The notes: generated by a model from the letters alone, not told the origin. Shown: positions 1 through 11,497, counted from the first letter of the stretch. The stretch: 64,000 nt of DNA from Pachysolen tannophilus NRRL Y-2460 (GCA_001661245.1 KV454011.1:2099271-2163270), one strand, 5' to 3'. Numbers and translations: made by a program.

Positions 1-140
1 GGTAATCTTTTTGATAATGTTAACCATTGAGATTCTAATGCCAATTCTTCACTAGATAATTCCGCAAATTCAGAACTTAAATCAGCTTTTTCAACATCTT
101 TCAAGCTCAAAGCTTTCAAAGGAGCAACCAAATCAGCCAT
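1..140 (-). CDS. ARC1: 5' end of probable tRNA-aminoacylation cofactor Arc1 (runs off the window)
   Basis: ATG at 140 opens an unbroken frame MADLVAPLKALSLKDVEKADLSSEFAELSSEELALESQWLTLSKRL to the window edge. It resembles yeast Arc1 N-termini (SQW motif). ARC1 neighbours VPS73 in S. cerevisiae, and a VPS73-like gene lies nearby here. Confidence 0.6.
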   Translation of the reverse strand, partial: MADLVAPLKALSLKDVEKADLSSEFAELSSEELALESQWLTLSKRL

Positions 141-206
141 TCTAACAATCAAATAACTCTTCAATATATATATTTCTATCAACCAATTCAAACAACAAGA
201 TTTTTC

Positions 207-243
207 CTCATCAATTCAATTTTTTAAAAAATTGAAAAATTTT
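207..243. promoter_or_regulatory. PAC core (CTCATC, 207-212) and RRPE (TGAAAAATTTT, 233-243) in the divergent ARC1/DOM34 promoter
   Basis: Exact matches to ribosome-biogenesis regulon motifs between two translation-related genes; short motifs in AT-rich DNA. Confidence 0.45.
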
Positions 244-377
244 TGAATTCATTTTTTTTTTGACCATTTTCTTCTTTTTTTAAAAAAAAGTAAAAAAACA
301 GCAAAGAAAAAAAAAGTTGTACTAAACAAATTAGGGCTTCTATAGAACGTTATATGAGATAGTGTTGAAGATAATAT

Positions 378-1562
378 ATGAAGTTGATAAAGCAGAGTTT
401 TGAGAAGGATTCTGGAGGGTCTGTGACGTTGGTGCTGGAGGATAAGGAGGACTTGTGGTCTTTGTACAATTTAATTCAAAAAGATGATGTTATTGATTTA
501 AAAACTGTGAGGAATGTTAAACTTGGGAGTAAGCTGGGTTTAGGTTCAAGTTTAAAGAATAGTAAGAGTGAGAGGAAAGTTGTTTATTTAAGTATTAAGA
601 TTGAAGATATTGAGTTCAATGCTTCTGATGAGGTGATGAGGTTAAGGGGGAAGACAACAAAGCAAAATGATGATGTTCCATTAAATTCATATCATACTGC
701 AGAATTAGAATTTAATCATAGTTTTACATTATATAAAGATGAATGGGATCAAATTTCTTTTGATATTATTACTAAATCTTGTTCAATTGAAGAAAAAGCT
801 GAAGTTGGAGCAATTATAATGGAAGAAGGAATTGCACATATTTGTCTTTTAACTGATAATATGACTGTATTAAGGGCAAAAATTGAAAAATCAATACCAA
901 AGAAGAAAAGAGGTGATAATTCTCAATATGAAAAGCTGTATAATAAATTTCTTAAGATGTGTAATGATACGATATTAAGGAATTTTGATTTAGAAAAATT
1001 AAAAGCTGTTATAATTGCATCACCAGGTTTTGTTGCAAGTAAATTATATGAATTTATTATTAAAGAAGCTCAATCTAATACAGATAAAATAGTATTGGCA
1101 AATAAATCTAAATTTATAGTTACACATTCTTCAACAGGATTTTTACAAGGTTTAGAAGAAATTTTGAAAAATCCAGATTTACAGAAAAAATTAAGTGATA
1201 CAAAATTTAGTAGAGAAGTAATAGTGATGGATAATTTTGTTCAAATCTTAAACGTTGATGATAATAGAGCTTATTATGGTCAAAAAGAATGTGAAAAAGC
1301 TATATTGCAACATCCAGGTAGTGTTAAGATTTTATTAATAACAGATACTTTATTTAGAAATGATGATATTGCTTTGAGAAAATATTATATTAATTTAACA
1401 GAAAATGTGAAAAAAACAGGTGGTGAAGTCATCATCTTTTCGAGTCTGCATGAATGTGGTGAACAACTAGATCAATTAACTGGAATTGCTGTCATATTGA
1501 ACTATCCTGTTTACGATTTAGATGAAGATGAAGATGAAGATGAAGAAGAAGAAGAAGAATAA
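378..1562 (+). CDS. DOM34: Pelota/Dom34 ribosome rescue factor
   Basis: EDKEDLWSLYNLI, YHT, SIPKKKRG, IASPGF and GEQLDQLTGIAVIL motifs of the eRF1-like Dom34 family; acidic tail. Confidence 0.97.
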   Translation: MKLIKQSFEKDSGGSVTLVLEDKEDLWSLYNLIQKDDVIDLKTVRNVKLGSKLGLGSSLKNSKSERKVVYLSIKIEDIEFNASDEVMRLRGKTTKQNDDVPLNSYHTAELEFNHSFTLYKDEWDQISFDIITKSCSIEEKAEVGAIIMEEGIAHICLLTDNMTVLRAKIEKSIPKKKRGDNSQYEKLYNKFLKMCNDTILRNFDLEKLKAVIIASPGFVASKLYEFIIKEAQSNTDKIVLANKSKFIVTHSSTGFLQGLEEILKNPDLQKKLSDTKFSREVIVMDNFVQILNVDDNRAYYGQKECEKAILQHPGSVKILLITDTLFRNDDIALRKYYINLTENVKKTGGEVIIFSSLHECGEQLDQLTGIAVILNYPVYDLDEDEDEDEEEEEE

Positions 1563-1634
1563 TGAGAAATCGATGTAGAATAAATATATATTAAATTAAA
1601 TAAATTAAGTTATTAATTACCATTTTGTTTTCTT

Positions 1635-2288
1635 TTAGAAACGTAATTTCCCACTTTTTAATTCTCTTGGATAAATTCCAAAGAAAACTCGCAAATACCA
1701 CACATCATCTCCTTTCAAATATTGTAATCCATCTTGTAATAATCCCAAGACTAGTCCAAGTGTCGCACCTTTTTTCATAAAATTTTTAGCTTGAGTATTA
1801 GCAAGCCCATAATAATTACTATATATATATCCTGAAAGTACAGTTGCCATCATGGTGTTCCCAAAATCAATACAATTCCTAAACTTATCTAATCCAGCCT
1901 CTATCACAAATATAGAACCCGTTAAAACTGATAACTTTATAGCATTTGTAATTGCTGTCTTGAAAGAATTTACCAAACAAAAATAATTTTTTCTTTTATG
2001 ATAGAAATACCATCCATTCTTTGATTTTGGTAATCTATGAGCATTTTCTGCCAAGTATTGTAAAGAAGCCTTTGAATATCCTTGAAATAAACCAGAAAAT
2101 CCACCAATGGTACCTGTAGTCATCATTACTAAAGGTACTCTATATACAGGATTCAAGTTAAATCTATGACCTTCATTGTTCATTTTGAAAACTGAGGAAG
2201 AAGGTGATGACAACTGTGCCATTTCCTCAGGTGTTAATTGATTTATCATTGAATTCGTAACATTTCGAGGTGATTCCACAGAACCCAT
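1635..2288 (-). CDS. Conserved fungal membrane protein, Tim17/Tim22/Tim23-like
   Basis: 217-aa ORF with Gly-rich hydrophobic helices and an AENAHRLP...GWYFYHKRKNY motif recalled from a fungal Tim17-like family. Confidence 0.65.
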   Translation of the reverse strand: MGSVESPRNVTNSMINQLTPEEMAQLSSPSSSVFKMNNEGHRFNLNPVYRVPLVMMTTGTIGGFSGLFQGYSKASLQYLAENAHRLPKSKNGWYFYHKRKNYFCLVNSFKTAITNAIKLSVLTGSIFVIEAGLDKFRNCIDFGNTMMATVLSGYIYSNYYGLANTQAKNFMKKGATLGLVLGLLQDGLQYLKGDDVWYLRVFFGIYPRELKSGKLRF

Positions 2289-2478
2289 CTTCTAATTCAA
2301 TAAAGAAATAAATATATATTTAAAGTATTAAACCATGATATAAATTATAAATCACTAATTTGTATTTATAAAACAAAAAACCTACACGACTGACTAACAA
2401 CAATTTATTAAAACTCAAACTATTCACTATTCACTATTCACTATTCACCATACGACTTTACTTTCCTTTTCTTTTTTT

Positions 2479-3978
2479 TTATCTCCAAACTTGTTCAAAC
2501 CCGTTTTTATTTTTCGTTTCTGGGATTTTGTAGTATGTGAATGTGAAGAAGGCTACACATACCGAAGCAAATATAAAATAAACCAAACCACCAATTGCTT
2601 CATTTAAAATTGGGAATAAATAACCTACTGCAAATGTAGCTAACCAATTTAAAGTAGTACCATAACTTTGAGCAATACCTTTTGCTTCATTCTGAGTGAC
2701 TTCTGGTATTATTAGGAACGGAATTGGTCCCAAACCAATTGCAAATGATCCTACATATAAGAAAGTACTTAAGACGGTCAATGAACTAAGATTTAATAAT
2801 ATTCCTGATCCTATTCCAATTGATGCCAAGCACATCACTGATACTGAGCTTAAAAGCATTGGTTTACGACCCAACTTATCTATGAATAATGAGGCACCAA
2901 AAGTGACAACTGCGTTAATAACTGAGATGAAGCAATTGATCATAATAGAACTATTTGGGAAAAGAGAAACCAACACTTTAACTCCATAAAAAATAATTGA
3001 ATTTATTCCACAAAATTGTTGTCCCACCATTACCACATCAACAACTTTTCTTGGTTCAGAATATTGTGGTAAGGTAAAATATTTTATAAATGATAATTCA
3101 TTTCCAACTGTTGCCTGTTGTAATTGTTGCTGTTTCCAATCTTCAATTTCTAATTGGCATCTTGTTAAATCAGAATTTCTTAGCTTCATCAAAGTCAGTA
3201 AATCTTTTTCTTTAAAACCATTAATAGTCAACCATTTTGGTGATTCATCAATAATTAAAAAAGCACCAAATAAATTTAAAGTTCCAAGGGCGCTACCAAA
3301 TAAAAGAATAAATCTCCATTGTTCATCATTTGACCAACTTATTGCCAATAATTGAGTGAGTAAAATCCCAACATTAATTGAAACTTGATTCATTGAGCCC
3401 AAAGTTCCTCTTAATTCTAATGGGCTTATTTCATTAATATATAATGGTGTTACTACTATACCACTACCAGCACCAATTCCTGATATAAGCCTACCAATTA
3501 ATAATTGATAATAATTTTTGGAAAAAGTTTCCACCATAGACCCAATTATGAAAAAAAAGCTATTCACAATGAAAAGCCTTTTCCTTCCAAACTTATCCAG
3601 TAATTTCCCAGCATAAATTGAACCTAATAATCCACCAATTGAAAAAATTGATGTAACTATACCTATTTCACTATTACTTAATGTAATACATTGAGGAATA
3701 CCACGCTTACCAAACCAAGAATCCTTATATTCCCCTAAAGGAACAGATTTTTGACAAGTATAAACTGCCTCTGGAGCATTCAACTCAGACATATGATATC
3801 CATATTGCACAGAAGATAAACATGATACTAATACTCCTATAATTAAATTAAAAGTATAGACTGCACTTAAACTGCTTTTACTACTATTCCTAGTATCACC
3901 TCCTAAAACACTAGAAGAACCCGACAGTTCACTAACATCCAACAATCTTTGATTCTCAACCTCATTTGATTCCACCAT
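2479..3978 (-). CDS. MFS sugar-porter family transporter (Vps73/Ybr241c-like)
   Basis: DKFGRK, QQFCGINSIIFYG, DKLGRK, GLGPIPF and IPETKNK sugar-porter motifs. First ATG is at 3978 (the track starts at a GTG). Confidence 0.9.
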   Translation of the reverse strand: MVESNEVENQRLLDVSELSGSSSVLGGDTRNSSKSSLSAVYTFNLIIGVLVSCLSSVQYGYHMSELNAPEAVYTCQKSVPLGEYKDSWFGKRGIPQCITLSNSEIGIVTSIFSIGGLLGSIYAGKLLDKFGRKRLFIVNSFFFIIGSMVETFSKNYYQLLIGRLISGIGAGSGIVVTPLYINEISPLELRGTLGSMNQVSINVGILLTQLLAISWSNDEQWRFILLFGSALGTLNLFGAFLIIDESPKWLTINGFKEKDLLTLMKLRNSDLTRCQLEIEDWKQQQLQQATVGNELSFIKYFTLPQYSEPRKVVDVVMVGQQFCGINSIIFYGVKVLVSLFPNSSIMINCFISVINAVVTFGASLFIDKLGRKPMLLSSVSVMCLASIGIGSGILLNLSSLTVLSTFLYVGSFAIGLGPIPFLIIPEVTQNEAKGIAQSYGTTLNWLATFAVGYLFPILNEAIGGLVYFIFASVCVAFFTFTYYKIPETKNKNGFEQVWR

Positions 3979-4263
3979 GACCTTGACCACCCCTTACATT
4001 CAATCACCGATCATATACCCAAATAATTGTACTATAAACTTGACTTGAAATCGTCGGTTCTCACCATACAAATAGCCAAAAAACACAGCAAAAAAACAAA
4101 AGAAGTGCACACAATATCAAACATCACAAAACGGGCGAAACAAACAAACAAAAGGAAAAAAGGTGTTGAAGAAAAAGAGAGATAAAAACAAGAACTTTTT
4201 AACAAGAATATATTAGTGGAAGTTAGAGGAAGTTAGAGGAAGTTATTATAAAATTAGATAGAG

Positions 4264-5493
4264 ATGGATTATCATATTCCTTCTGTGGTTATAGACAATG
4301 GGTCTATGACTACGAGGGCGGGTGTGTCTACGGATGAAAATCCGTCGTTAGTTTTTCCCACGCATTATTCCAAGAATGTTAATACTGATGAAATTGTTAT
4401 TGGTCGTGATATCAACAATTATCCTGAGAATGAGGTTTATACGTTGTTGAACGATGGTATATTTTATAATTGGGATCATGTATTAGACAATTGGAAATAT
4501 GTTTATTCGAATTTAAAAATTGAATCTAGAGAATTACCTCTTGTTATTACTGAAAATTCTTGGAATACTAAAAAAAATAGAAATAAAAGTTGTCAATTAG
4601 CATTTGAAGAATTAGAAGTTCCTGTTTTTTCTATAGTGAAGGCTCCTTTATGTACTTCATATAGTGTTGGAAGATCTACTTCTTTAATTATTGATATTGG
4701 TAGTTCTGTTACAAGTGTAACTCCAATTTTTAATGGTAATATTTTACTGAAAGGTACTGTTCATTCAAAATTTGCAGGTGATTTTTTAAATTTACATGTT
4801 TTAGAATTTTTGAAAAAAAAGACAAATAATAATATTGATGATTTTTTAATTCCAAAAGCTTTTAATTCTGATAAAAAAATGTCTAATTCTTTTAAAATGT
4901 ATCAAATTAATAAAACATTAGCAGATTTTAAATTAAGTTGTTTATCTTTTTCAAAATTACCATTAGATCCAATCATTACTCCAGAACAATCTAATCAAAT
5001 TCAAATGACCCCAAGACATTATTTATTGCCCAATGAACAAGAAAATATTCAAGATGATATTGTAGAATTACAATATGAACAATATCAATTACCAGAAGTT
5101 TTATTAAAACCAGCATTGTATACAAATAATAATTTACAAGATATTAAAGTACCTCGTGATTCAATGGGATTAGTTGAACTAGTCTTGAGTTCTTTACAAA
5201 AATTAGAAACTGCAGGTGACATTTATCAACAATTGTTAAATAATATCGTTATAACTGGTGGAACTTCTTTTATTCCTGATTTAGAACATAGAGTTATTAA
5301 TGAATTTCAAAGAACTTTACCAAGCTTAAGTATCCAAACTTATAGCAATCCAAATTTATTAGAAAGAAATTTTAGTAGCTGGATTGGTGCAACAATCTTA
5401 AGCTCAATGGGTTCAACTTTGGATAATATATTCATTAATAAAGAAGAATATGAAGAGCTTGGTGAGGACTTGATTGCTGAAAGATTTAAATAG
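4264..5493 (+). CDS. ARP7: Nuclear actin-related protein, Arp7-like (RSC and SWI/SNF subunit)
   Basis: Actin-fold motifs VVIDNGS, IDIG, ITGGTS and SWIG. Adjacent to HTS1, as in S. cerevisiae. Confidence 0.75.
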   Translation: MDYHIPSVVIDNGSMTTRAGVSTDENPSLVFPTHYSKNVNTDEIVIGRDINNYPENEVYTLLNDGIFYNWDHVLDNWKYVYSNLKIESRELPLVITENSWNTKKNRNKSCQLAFEELEVPVFSIVKAPLCTSYSVGRSTSLIIDIGSSVTSVTPIFNGNILLKGTVHSKFAGDFLNLHVLEFLKKKTNNNIDDFLIPKAFNSDKKMSNSFKMYQINKTLADFKLSCLSFSKLPLDPIITPEQSNQIQMTPRHYLLPNEQENIQDDIVELQYEQYQLPEVLLKPALYTNNNLQDIKVPRDSMGLVELVLSSLQKLETAGDIYQQLLNNIVITGGTSFIPDLEHRVINEFQRTLPSLSIQTYSNPNLLERNFSSWIGATILSSMGSTLDNIFINKEEYEELGEDLIAERFK

Positions 5494-5925
5494 AAAATTA
5501 AAATTTTTTTTTAATTTTTGTATTCTTTTTCTTTCTTTCTCAAATATATATATATATATAGTGTATTTTAAACTTAGAAAAACAATCCCTTTAATGATTA
5601 CATTTCATAGACCTCTAGTCTCACTTCTCAATACTAGTTCCTTTTTACTCTTGTCGTTGTCGTTTGTCATTATTCTTCATCTTCTTCTACTACTTGAATA
5701 ACAGTGGTAGTGCACTCAAAACACAAATAAAATCAACGTTTGAAATTTTTCATTGAAAAAAAAAAATCTTCAAATAAATTCTGAGTTCGAATACCTTTTA
5801 CGAGCTGATAAAGAATAAAAGAAGAAGATATTGAAGAAAGTGAAAAGAAAGTATATAGTTTGAAAAAAAATTTTTTTTTGGTTTTTTTTCTTTGTTACTT
5901 TTCTCTTTTCTTGTTTTGAATATTT

Positions 5926-7572
5926 ATGTTTCGCAGATTGGTTGCGGTAATAGTTAGAGGAAGAACAATGTCAACAGAAGCTACGAGTGCTATTAAAGTT
6001 CCTGTCTCAGGAAAATCTCTGAATGTATCAGAGAAGAAAGGTTCTAAAAAAAATGGGAAAATAGAACAAGTTCAATTTACTTTAAAGACTCCTAAGGGGA
6101 CCAAGGATTGGGCTGATAAAGATATGGTTATTAGAGAGGGTATTTTTAATTCTTTATCTCAGTTGTTTAAAAGACATGGAGGTGTTACTATTGATACTCC
6201 AGTATTTGAATTGAGAGAAATTCTTGCAGGAAAATATGGTGAAGATTCAAAATTGATATATAATTTAGAAGATCAAGGTGGTGAATTAACTTCTTTAAGA
6301 TATGATTTAACTGTTCCATTTGCTAGGTTTGTTGCTATGAATGGTATTTCTCAAATAAAAAGATATCATATTGCAAAAGTTTATAGAAGAGATCAACCTG
6401 CAATGACAAAAGGTAGAATGAGAGAATTTTATCAATGTGATTTTGATGTTGCTGGATCTCATGATCCAATGGTTCCAGATGCAGAGATCTTGGCTATTTT
6501 AGTAGAAGGGTTGACTGGATTAGGAGTAACTGATTTTAAAATTAAATTAAATCATAGAAAAATTTTAGATGGTATTTTCCAAGTTTGTGGTGTTAAAGAT
6601 GAAGATGTTAGAAAAATTTCTTCTGCTGTTGATAAATTAGATAAATTACCATGGGAAGCAGTTAAAAAGGAAATGTGTGAAGAAAAAAATCAACCAGAAG
6701 AAGTTGCTGATAAAATTGGTGAATTTGTTAAATTAAATGGTTCAATTGAAGAAATTCTTTCAATCTTAACCAAAAATGAATTATTGTCTAATAATCCATC
6801 TGCTGCTGAAGGTTTAAAAGAAATGCAAATTTTGGATACATATCTGAAAGCATTTAATATCACTTCATTTATTTCTTTTGATTTATCATTAGCTAGAGGA
6901 TTAGATTATTATACAGGTCTTATTTATGAAGCTGTTACAGCACAATCAGCACCACCAAAAGATGCTGATCAAAAAAAGAAAAACCTGAAAACTGATGATG
7001 AGGATGCTTCTGAATATGTAGGTGTTGGTTCTATCGCAGCAGGTGGTAGATATGATAACTTGGTTGGTATGTTTTCTGGTGCTTCAAGATCATCAGGTAA
7101 AGCCGGTGCTTCAATTCCATGTGTTGGTATTTCATTTGGTGTTGAACGTATTTTCTCTTTAATAAAACTGAGATTAGAATCTCAACAATTTAAAGTGAGA
7201 CCAACTTCAACACAAGTTTATATAATGGCATTTGGTGGAGGTGAAGGATGGAATGGATTTTTAGCTGAAAGAATGGCAATTGCCAAGAAATTATGGTCTG
7301 CTGGAATTGAATGTGAATATTTGTACAAGGCAAAGGCAAATCCAAGAAAACAATTTGATGCAGCTGAAAAATCAGGTTGTCCAGTGGGTGTAATTTTAGG
7401 TAAAGAAGAATATCCACAAGGGAAGTTAAGAGTAAAATTATTAGGTACTGGTGAAAATGATGATGGGGAATTAATTGATATCGATGATGTTGTTGAAGTT
7501 GTTAAGAGTAAATTGAAAGATGGTAATGTTGATGGCGTTGATGAGGTGACCCGTTTACTTAAAGGATTGTAA
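5926..7572 (+). CDS. HTS1: Histidyl-tRNA synthetase, cytosolic/mitochondrial
   Basis: [41 protein letters not shown] and GGRYDNL motifs. Second in-frame ATG at 5968. Confidence 0.98.
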   Translation: MFRRLVAVIVRGRTMSTEATSAIKVPVSGKSLNVSEKKGSKKNGKIEQVQFTLKTPKGTKDWADKDMVIREGIFNSLSQLFKRHGGVTIDTPVFELREILAGKYGEDSKLIYNLEDQGGELTSLRYDLTVPFARFVAMNGISQIKRYHIAKVYRRDQPAMTKGRMREFYQCDFDVAGSHDPMVPDAEILAILVEGLTGLGVTDFKIKLNHRKILDGIFQVCGVKDEDVRKISSAVDKLDKLPWEAVKKEMCEEKNQPEEVADKIGEFVKLNGSIEEILSILTKNELLSNNPSAAEGLKEMQILDTYLKAFNITSFISFDLSLARGLDYYTGLIYEAVTAQSAPPKDADQKKKNLKTDDEDASEYVGVGSIAAGGRYDNLVGMFSGASRSSGKAGASIPCVGISFGVERIFSLIKLRLESQQFKVRPTSTQVYIMAFGGGEGWNGFLAERMAIAKKLWSAGIECEYLYKAKANPRKQFDAAEKSGCPVGVILGKEEYPQGKLRVKLLGTGENDDGELIDIDDVVEVVKSKLKDGNVDGVDEVTRLLKGL

Positions 7573-7812
7573 ATAGCTGAAGCTATGTTATTCCCAATAA
7601 CATTGTAAATACACAAAATCAATACTAATCAAGAATATAACTTTTATTGAATAAATCTAAATTAAATCTAATTTTGCTTTTTTTTATAAATAAAAAAAAT
7701 ATATATATATATATATATAATATCAAATCATGAACATCGTATCAAATTTGGAAAAAAATAAATAAATAAAATAAAATAAAATAAAAAAAAAAAAAAAGAA
7801 AAATGCAATCTT

Positions 7813-9273
7813 TCACCAATGCCCACTTTTCTTATTACTCATATCATCTTGCCAGCTCCCAGCCAAACCAATCACCTGGTTATTACCGTCATCATCGTCA
7901 TAGTCATCATCATCATCAGCATCATTTTCGCTGTTCAACTTTTTTTTCTTGTTAATTGGTAAAATTCCATCTGTTAATATTCTTTTACCCCAAGAACCAG
8001 CTGCAGGATCACCAGTTTCATCTCTACATTGTTTCAAGAAGGGCAACAAAGCAGTACCTCCAGTACCTTTTTGTTCATTTTTACCCTTTGTTGTTGATTT
8101 GGCTAAACCAGATCTCAATGTCTTTGTTAATGATGAGCCTGCATCTTTTGATTTTTGTGCTTGGATAATAACATATCTAGTAACAATTTGAATATGTTTA
8201 TCTCTAAAAGATTTAAGCATAGCCAAACAAGCATCATAAGATAAAGTCAATTCCGGGTTTTTATCACCATTTGCCAATACATAATCTCTTAAGCAATTAA
8301 CTTTTGAAAGATGTTCTAAAAAATTTCTATGTTTACCTGGCATATATAATCTCATTTCATTTAAAAAGGGATTACTTTTATCATTTTTTTTCTTGTCATT
8401 GTCTCTTTCTCCAGTAGAATAATGATCTACATTTAACAAAATATCTAATGCTTGAATCAATGAAGATTGAGCATTAGAACCTCCTGAATAAATTCTTGGT
8501 GTTTTTTCATCTCCATAAAATACACCATTTTCTAAACCTACATCTCCCATATTTTTCCAACCTGCTAAATAAGGTCTAATACGGAAATAAAAAATATGAG
8601 GATCACACATTTCTTCCATTTTCATCATAACTGAACCCAATTTATCAATTGATTCTGCCATTTTTTGGAAATTTTTCACAACTTCAGAAGGAATATTTTC
8701 TCTTGCAGCTTTTATAGCATCTAATCCATATTGTAAACATTTAGCACCTTTATATTCAAAATAAACACTAACCAAATAAAACCATGATTCATCTATTGAT
8801 CCTGTAAATGTATTTATAGTGGTAAGATTTTCTAAATTTAATAATTCATCATCTTCATTTCCATCTTCAGGTAAAATAAGTTTATAATTCCATAAACATA
8901 ATCCAGAATAAGTGGCAATCAGAGGAAGTCCCAAATATTCACAAACTTCTGTAAATGGTTTCGATAACTGAACAGGTAACTTATTTAAAGGTTCATCAAC
9001 ACCCCAAATATATGCATGAGTTAAAAATCCTAAAATACTATAAGCCCTTCTATATTCTTGAACATTTGATAATTCTGATGTAGACAATACTTCCAACTTC
9101 TTATCTATCACTGACCTAATCTTCTTGGTCAATATTAAAGAAGGTAAATTCGAAACTATATCTTCCCATATTTTATACCTTTCTTGTGGTAATTTGACTA
9201 ATGGTAATTCTTCTGGTAAAAAACCATGGCTATATGAAACGTCATAAGCCTTCAAATCCGGTAATTCAATCAT
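7813..9273 (-). CDS. BNA2: Indoleamine 2,3-dioxygenase
   Basis: FTGSIDESWFYLVS, YSGGSNAQSSLIQ, FRDKHIQIVTRY and GTGGT motifs. First ATG at 9273. Confidence 0.96.
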   Translation of the reverse strand: MIELPDLKAYDVSYSHGFLPEELPLVKLPQERYKIWEDIVSNLPSLILTKKIRSVIDKKLEVLSTSELSNVQEYRRAYSILGFLTHAYIWGVDEPLNKLPVQLSKPFTEVCEYLGLPLIATYSGLCLWNYKLILPEDGNEDDELLNLENLTTINTFTGSIDESWFYLVSVYFEYKGAKCLQYGLDAIKAARENIPSEVVKNFQKMAESIDKLGSVMMKMEEMCDPHIFYFRIRPYLAGWKNMGDVGLENGVFYGDEKTPRIYSGGSNAQSSLIQALDILLNVDHYSTGERDNDKKKNDKSNPFLNEMRLYMPGKHRNFLEHLSKVNCLRDYVLANGDKNPELTLSYDACLAMLKSFRDKHIQIVTRYVIIQAQKSKDAGSSLTKTLRSGLAKSTTKGKNEQKGTGGTALLPFLKQCRDETGDPAAGSWGKRILTDGILPINKKKKLNSENDADDDDDYDDDDGNNQVIGLAGSWQDDMSNKKSGHW

Positions 9274-9532
9274 AACCTCCAACAAAAACAGGGGAAAAAC
9301 AAATATACTTTAACCAATAGATTGGAAAGTAACAAAAGTAACCAAAATAACCGAAAACCAAAAATGAAAGAAAGAAAACAAAGCAAAAAAAAAAAACGAA
9401 AAAAACGAAACCACAACTATTTATATAGTATGTGCCAAAATTGAATAATTATTAATATTAATATTAATATAAATAATAAAAGAGAGAGAAGTCATCATGT
9501 GATTAAAAAGGAAATAAAAAAAAAAAAAATTT

Positions 9533-10004
9533 NNNNNNNNNNNNNNNNNNNNNNNNNNNNNNNNNNNNNNNNNNNNNNNNNNNNNNNNNNNNNNNNNNNN
9601 NNNNNNNNNNNNNNNNNNNNNNNNNNNNNNNNNNNNNNNNNNNNNNNNNNNNNNNNNNNNNNNNNNNNNNNNNNNNNNNNNNNNNNNNNNNNNNNNNNNN
9701 NNNNNNNNNNNNNNNNNNNNNNNNNNNNNNNNNNNNNNNNNNNNNNNNNNNNNNNNNNNNNNNNNNNNNNNNNNNNNNNNNNNNNNNNNNNNNNNNNNNN
9801 NNNNNNNNNNNNNNNNNNNNNNNNNNNNNNNNNNNNNNNNNNNNNNNNNNNNNNNNNNNNNNNNNNNNNNNNNNNNNNNNNNNNNNNNNNNNNNNNNNNN
9901 NNNNNNNNNNNNNNNNNNNNNNNNNNNNNNNNNNNNNNNNNNNNNNNNNNNNNNNNNNNNNNNNNNNNNNNNNNNNNNNNNNNNNNNNNNNNNNNNNNNN
10001 NNNN
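9533..10004. other. Assembly gap (N run)
   Basis: Run of n characters between poly-A and poly-T tracts. Confidence 1.
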
Positions 10005-10214
10005 TGACTCGTCCAAATTTTTTTTTTTTTTTTATTTATTTTTTGACTTTTTTTTCACATTTTTTTTCTCGATGCTTCTGTGAGTAAGAGTAACAACACA
10101 AGTACATTTAAACGTATAAACTTATAATGATTGTATAAATTATTATTAAATTAAAGAAAAATAATCAAATTGTTAAATTTTTAATTTTTCTATTGTTGAC
10201 TTGTGATATTGAAA

Positions 10215-11243
10215 ATGGTTGTTCATAATCCTAATAATTGGCATTGGGTTGATAAAAATTGTATTGATTGGACTCGGGAATATTTTAAAGAGAAATTAAT
10301 TAATTTATCTAGTACTGTGGAAGATAAAAAAGTTTATATTTCTAAAATTAAAAAAATAGATGGTGATGTTGAAGTTTGTCAAAGAAAGGGTAAAGTGATT
10401 TCTTTATTTGATTTACAATTGATTTTGGAGATTAGTGGGGATGTATCAGATGAGAAAGGGAAGATCAATGGTACTATTACGATTCCTGAATTAGCTTATG
10501 ATACAGAATATGATGATTTCCAATTTTCTACTATTATTGAAGGAAAAAATTTAAGTTTAACTTTAGAAGATGATTTTAAAAAAATTGTAAGGACACATTT
10601 AATTCCACAATTGAGAAAAATTTTAAGTCATTTTGGTGAAGATTTAATTGCAACACATGGTTCTGATATTCAACTTCCTGAAGATCAAGTTAATTCTACT
10701 TTTACTAAAAATTCATCTAAGGCAAAACAAACAACAACATCTTCTTCATTTATAAATAAGTCTTCTCTGGCTTCAAACACGGAAGCTTCAGCCGCTGGGA
10801 AATCAGCCACTTTAGAAAATAAGAAGATAACTCCAAAATATAATGTTGCTGCTTTTAAGATGTCTTCTACATTCAACACTACAGCAGAACAATTATATTT
10901 GACATTATTGGATAAGCCAAGAGTTGCAGCATGGACAAGATCACAACCTAATATTGAAATTGTTGAAAATTCAAATTTTTCACTTTTTGATGGAAATATA
11001 AGTGGTAAAATTTTAAAATTGATACCAAATGAATTTATTTCAATGTTATGGAGATTAAAAGATTGGAAAGAAGGACATTTTGCACAATTAAATCTTACTT
11101 TAAAACAAGGTGAAAGTGAAACAGTTATGGATATAGATTGGAAAGGTATTCCAGTTGGTGAAGAAGATGCAGTTAAAGAAAATTTTGAAAATTACTACAT
11201 TACTTCAATTAAAGCAACTTTTGGATTTGGTGCTATCTTGTAG
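10215..11243 (+). CDS. AHA1: Hsp90 co-chaperone Aha1
   Basis: Starts MVVHNPNNWHWVDKNC; RKGK motif; C-terminal START-like domain ending FGFGAIL. ATG at 10215. Confidence 0.97.
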   Translation: MVVHNPNNWHWVDKNCIDWTREYFKEKLINLSSTVEDKKVYISKIKKIDGDVEVCQRKGKVISLFDLQLILEISGDVSDEKGKINGTITIPELAYDTEYDDFQFSTIIEGKNLSLTLEDDFKKIVRTHLIPQLRKILSHFGEDLIATHGSDIQLPEDQVNSTFTKNSSKAKQTTTSSSFINKSSLASNTEASAAGKSATLENKKITPKYNVAAFKMSSTFNTTAEQLYLTLLDKPRVAAWTRSQPNIEIVENSNFSLFDGNISGKILKLIPNEFISMLWRLKDWKEGHFAQLNLTLKQGESETVMDIDWKGIPVGEEDAVKENFENYYITSIKATFGFGAIL

Positions 11244-11497
11244 TAAAAGAATTTTTTTTTTTTTATTTTTTATTTTTTTTCTTTACTTTTTGTTATAATG
11301 AAGATTAAATAAATAAAATAAAAAAAAAAAAAAAAAAAGACCATAATGATAATAAAATATACTCCAAAGGTTAATTCAGAAATGAAATTCGAAAGTGTAT
11401 TTACTCACTTATATACACCGCTAACGTAGTCTTATCATTTGCAAATTAAAAAAAAAAAGAAAAACATAAACCTATTTATTTAGTTTTTTTTTTCTCT

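Noticed and set aside
1446..1448. CTG at a usually Leu/Met position of Dom34, suggesting standard or ambiguous decoding
   Set aside because: A single site at a position that varies among pelota homologues; outweighed by several Ala-column sites. Kept only as a caveat.
2419..2448. Short tandem repeats such as (CTATTCA)x4, and similar ones near 4218, 41872 and 50658
   Set aside because: No spacers, so not CRISPR-like; ordinary slippage repeats in intergenic DNA.
9495..10083. ORFs of 173 aa and 194 aa made of X residues
   Set aside because: Artefacts of the N gap.
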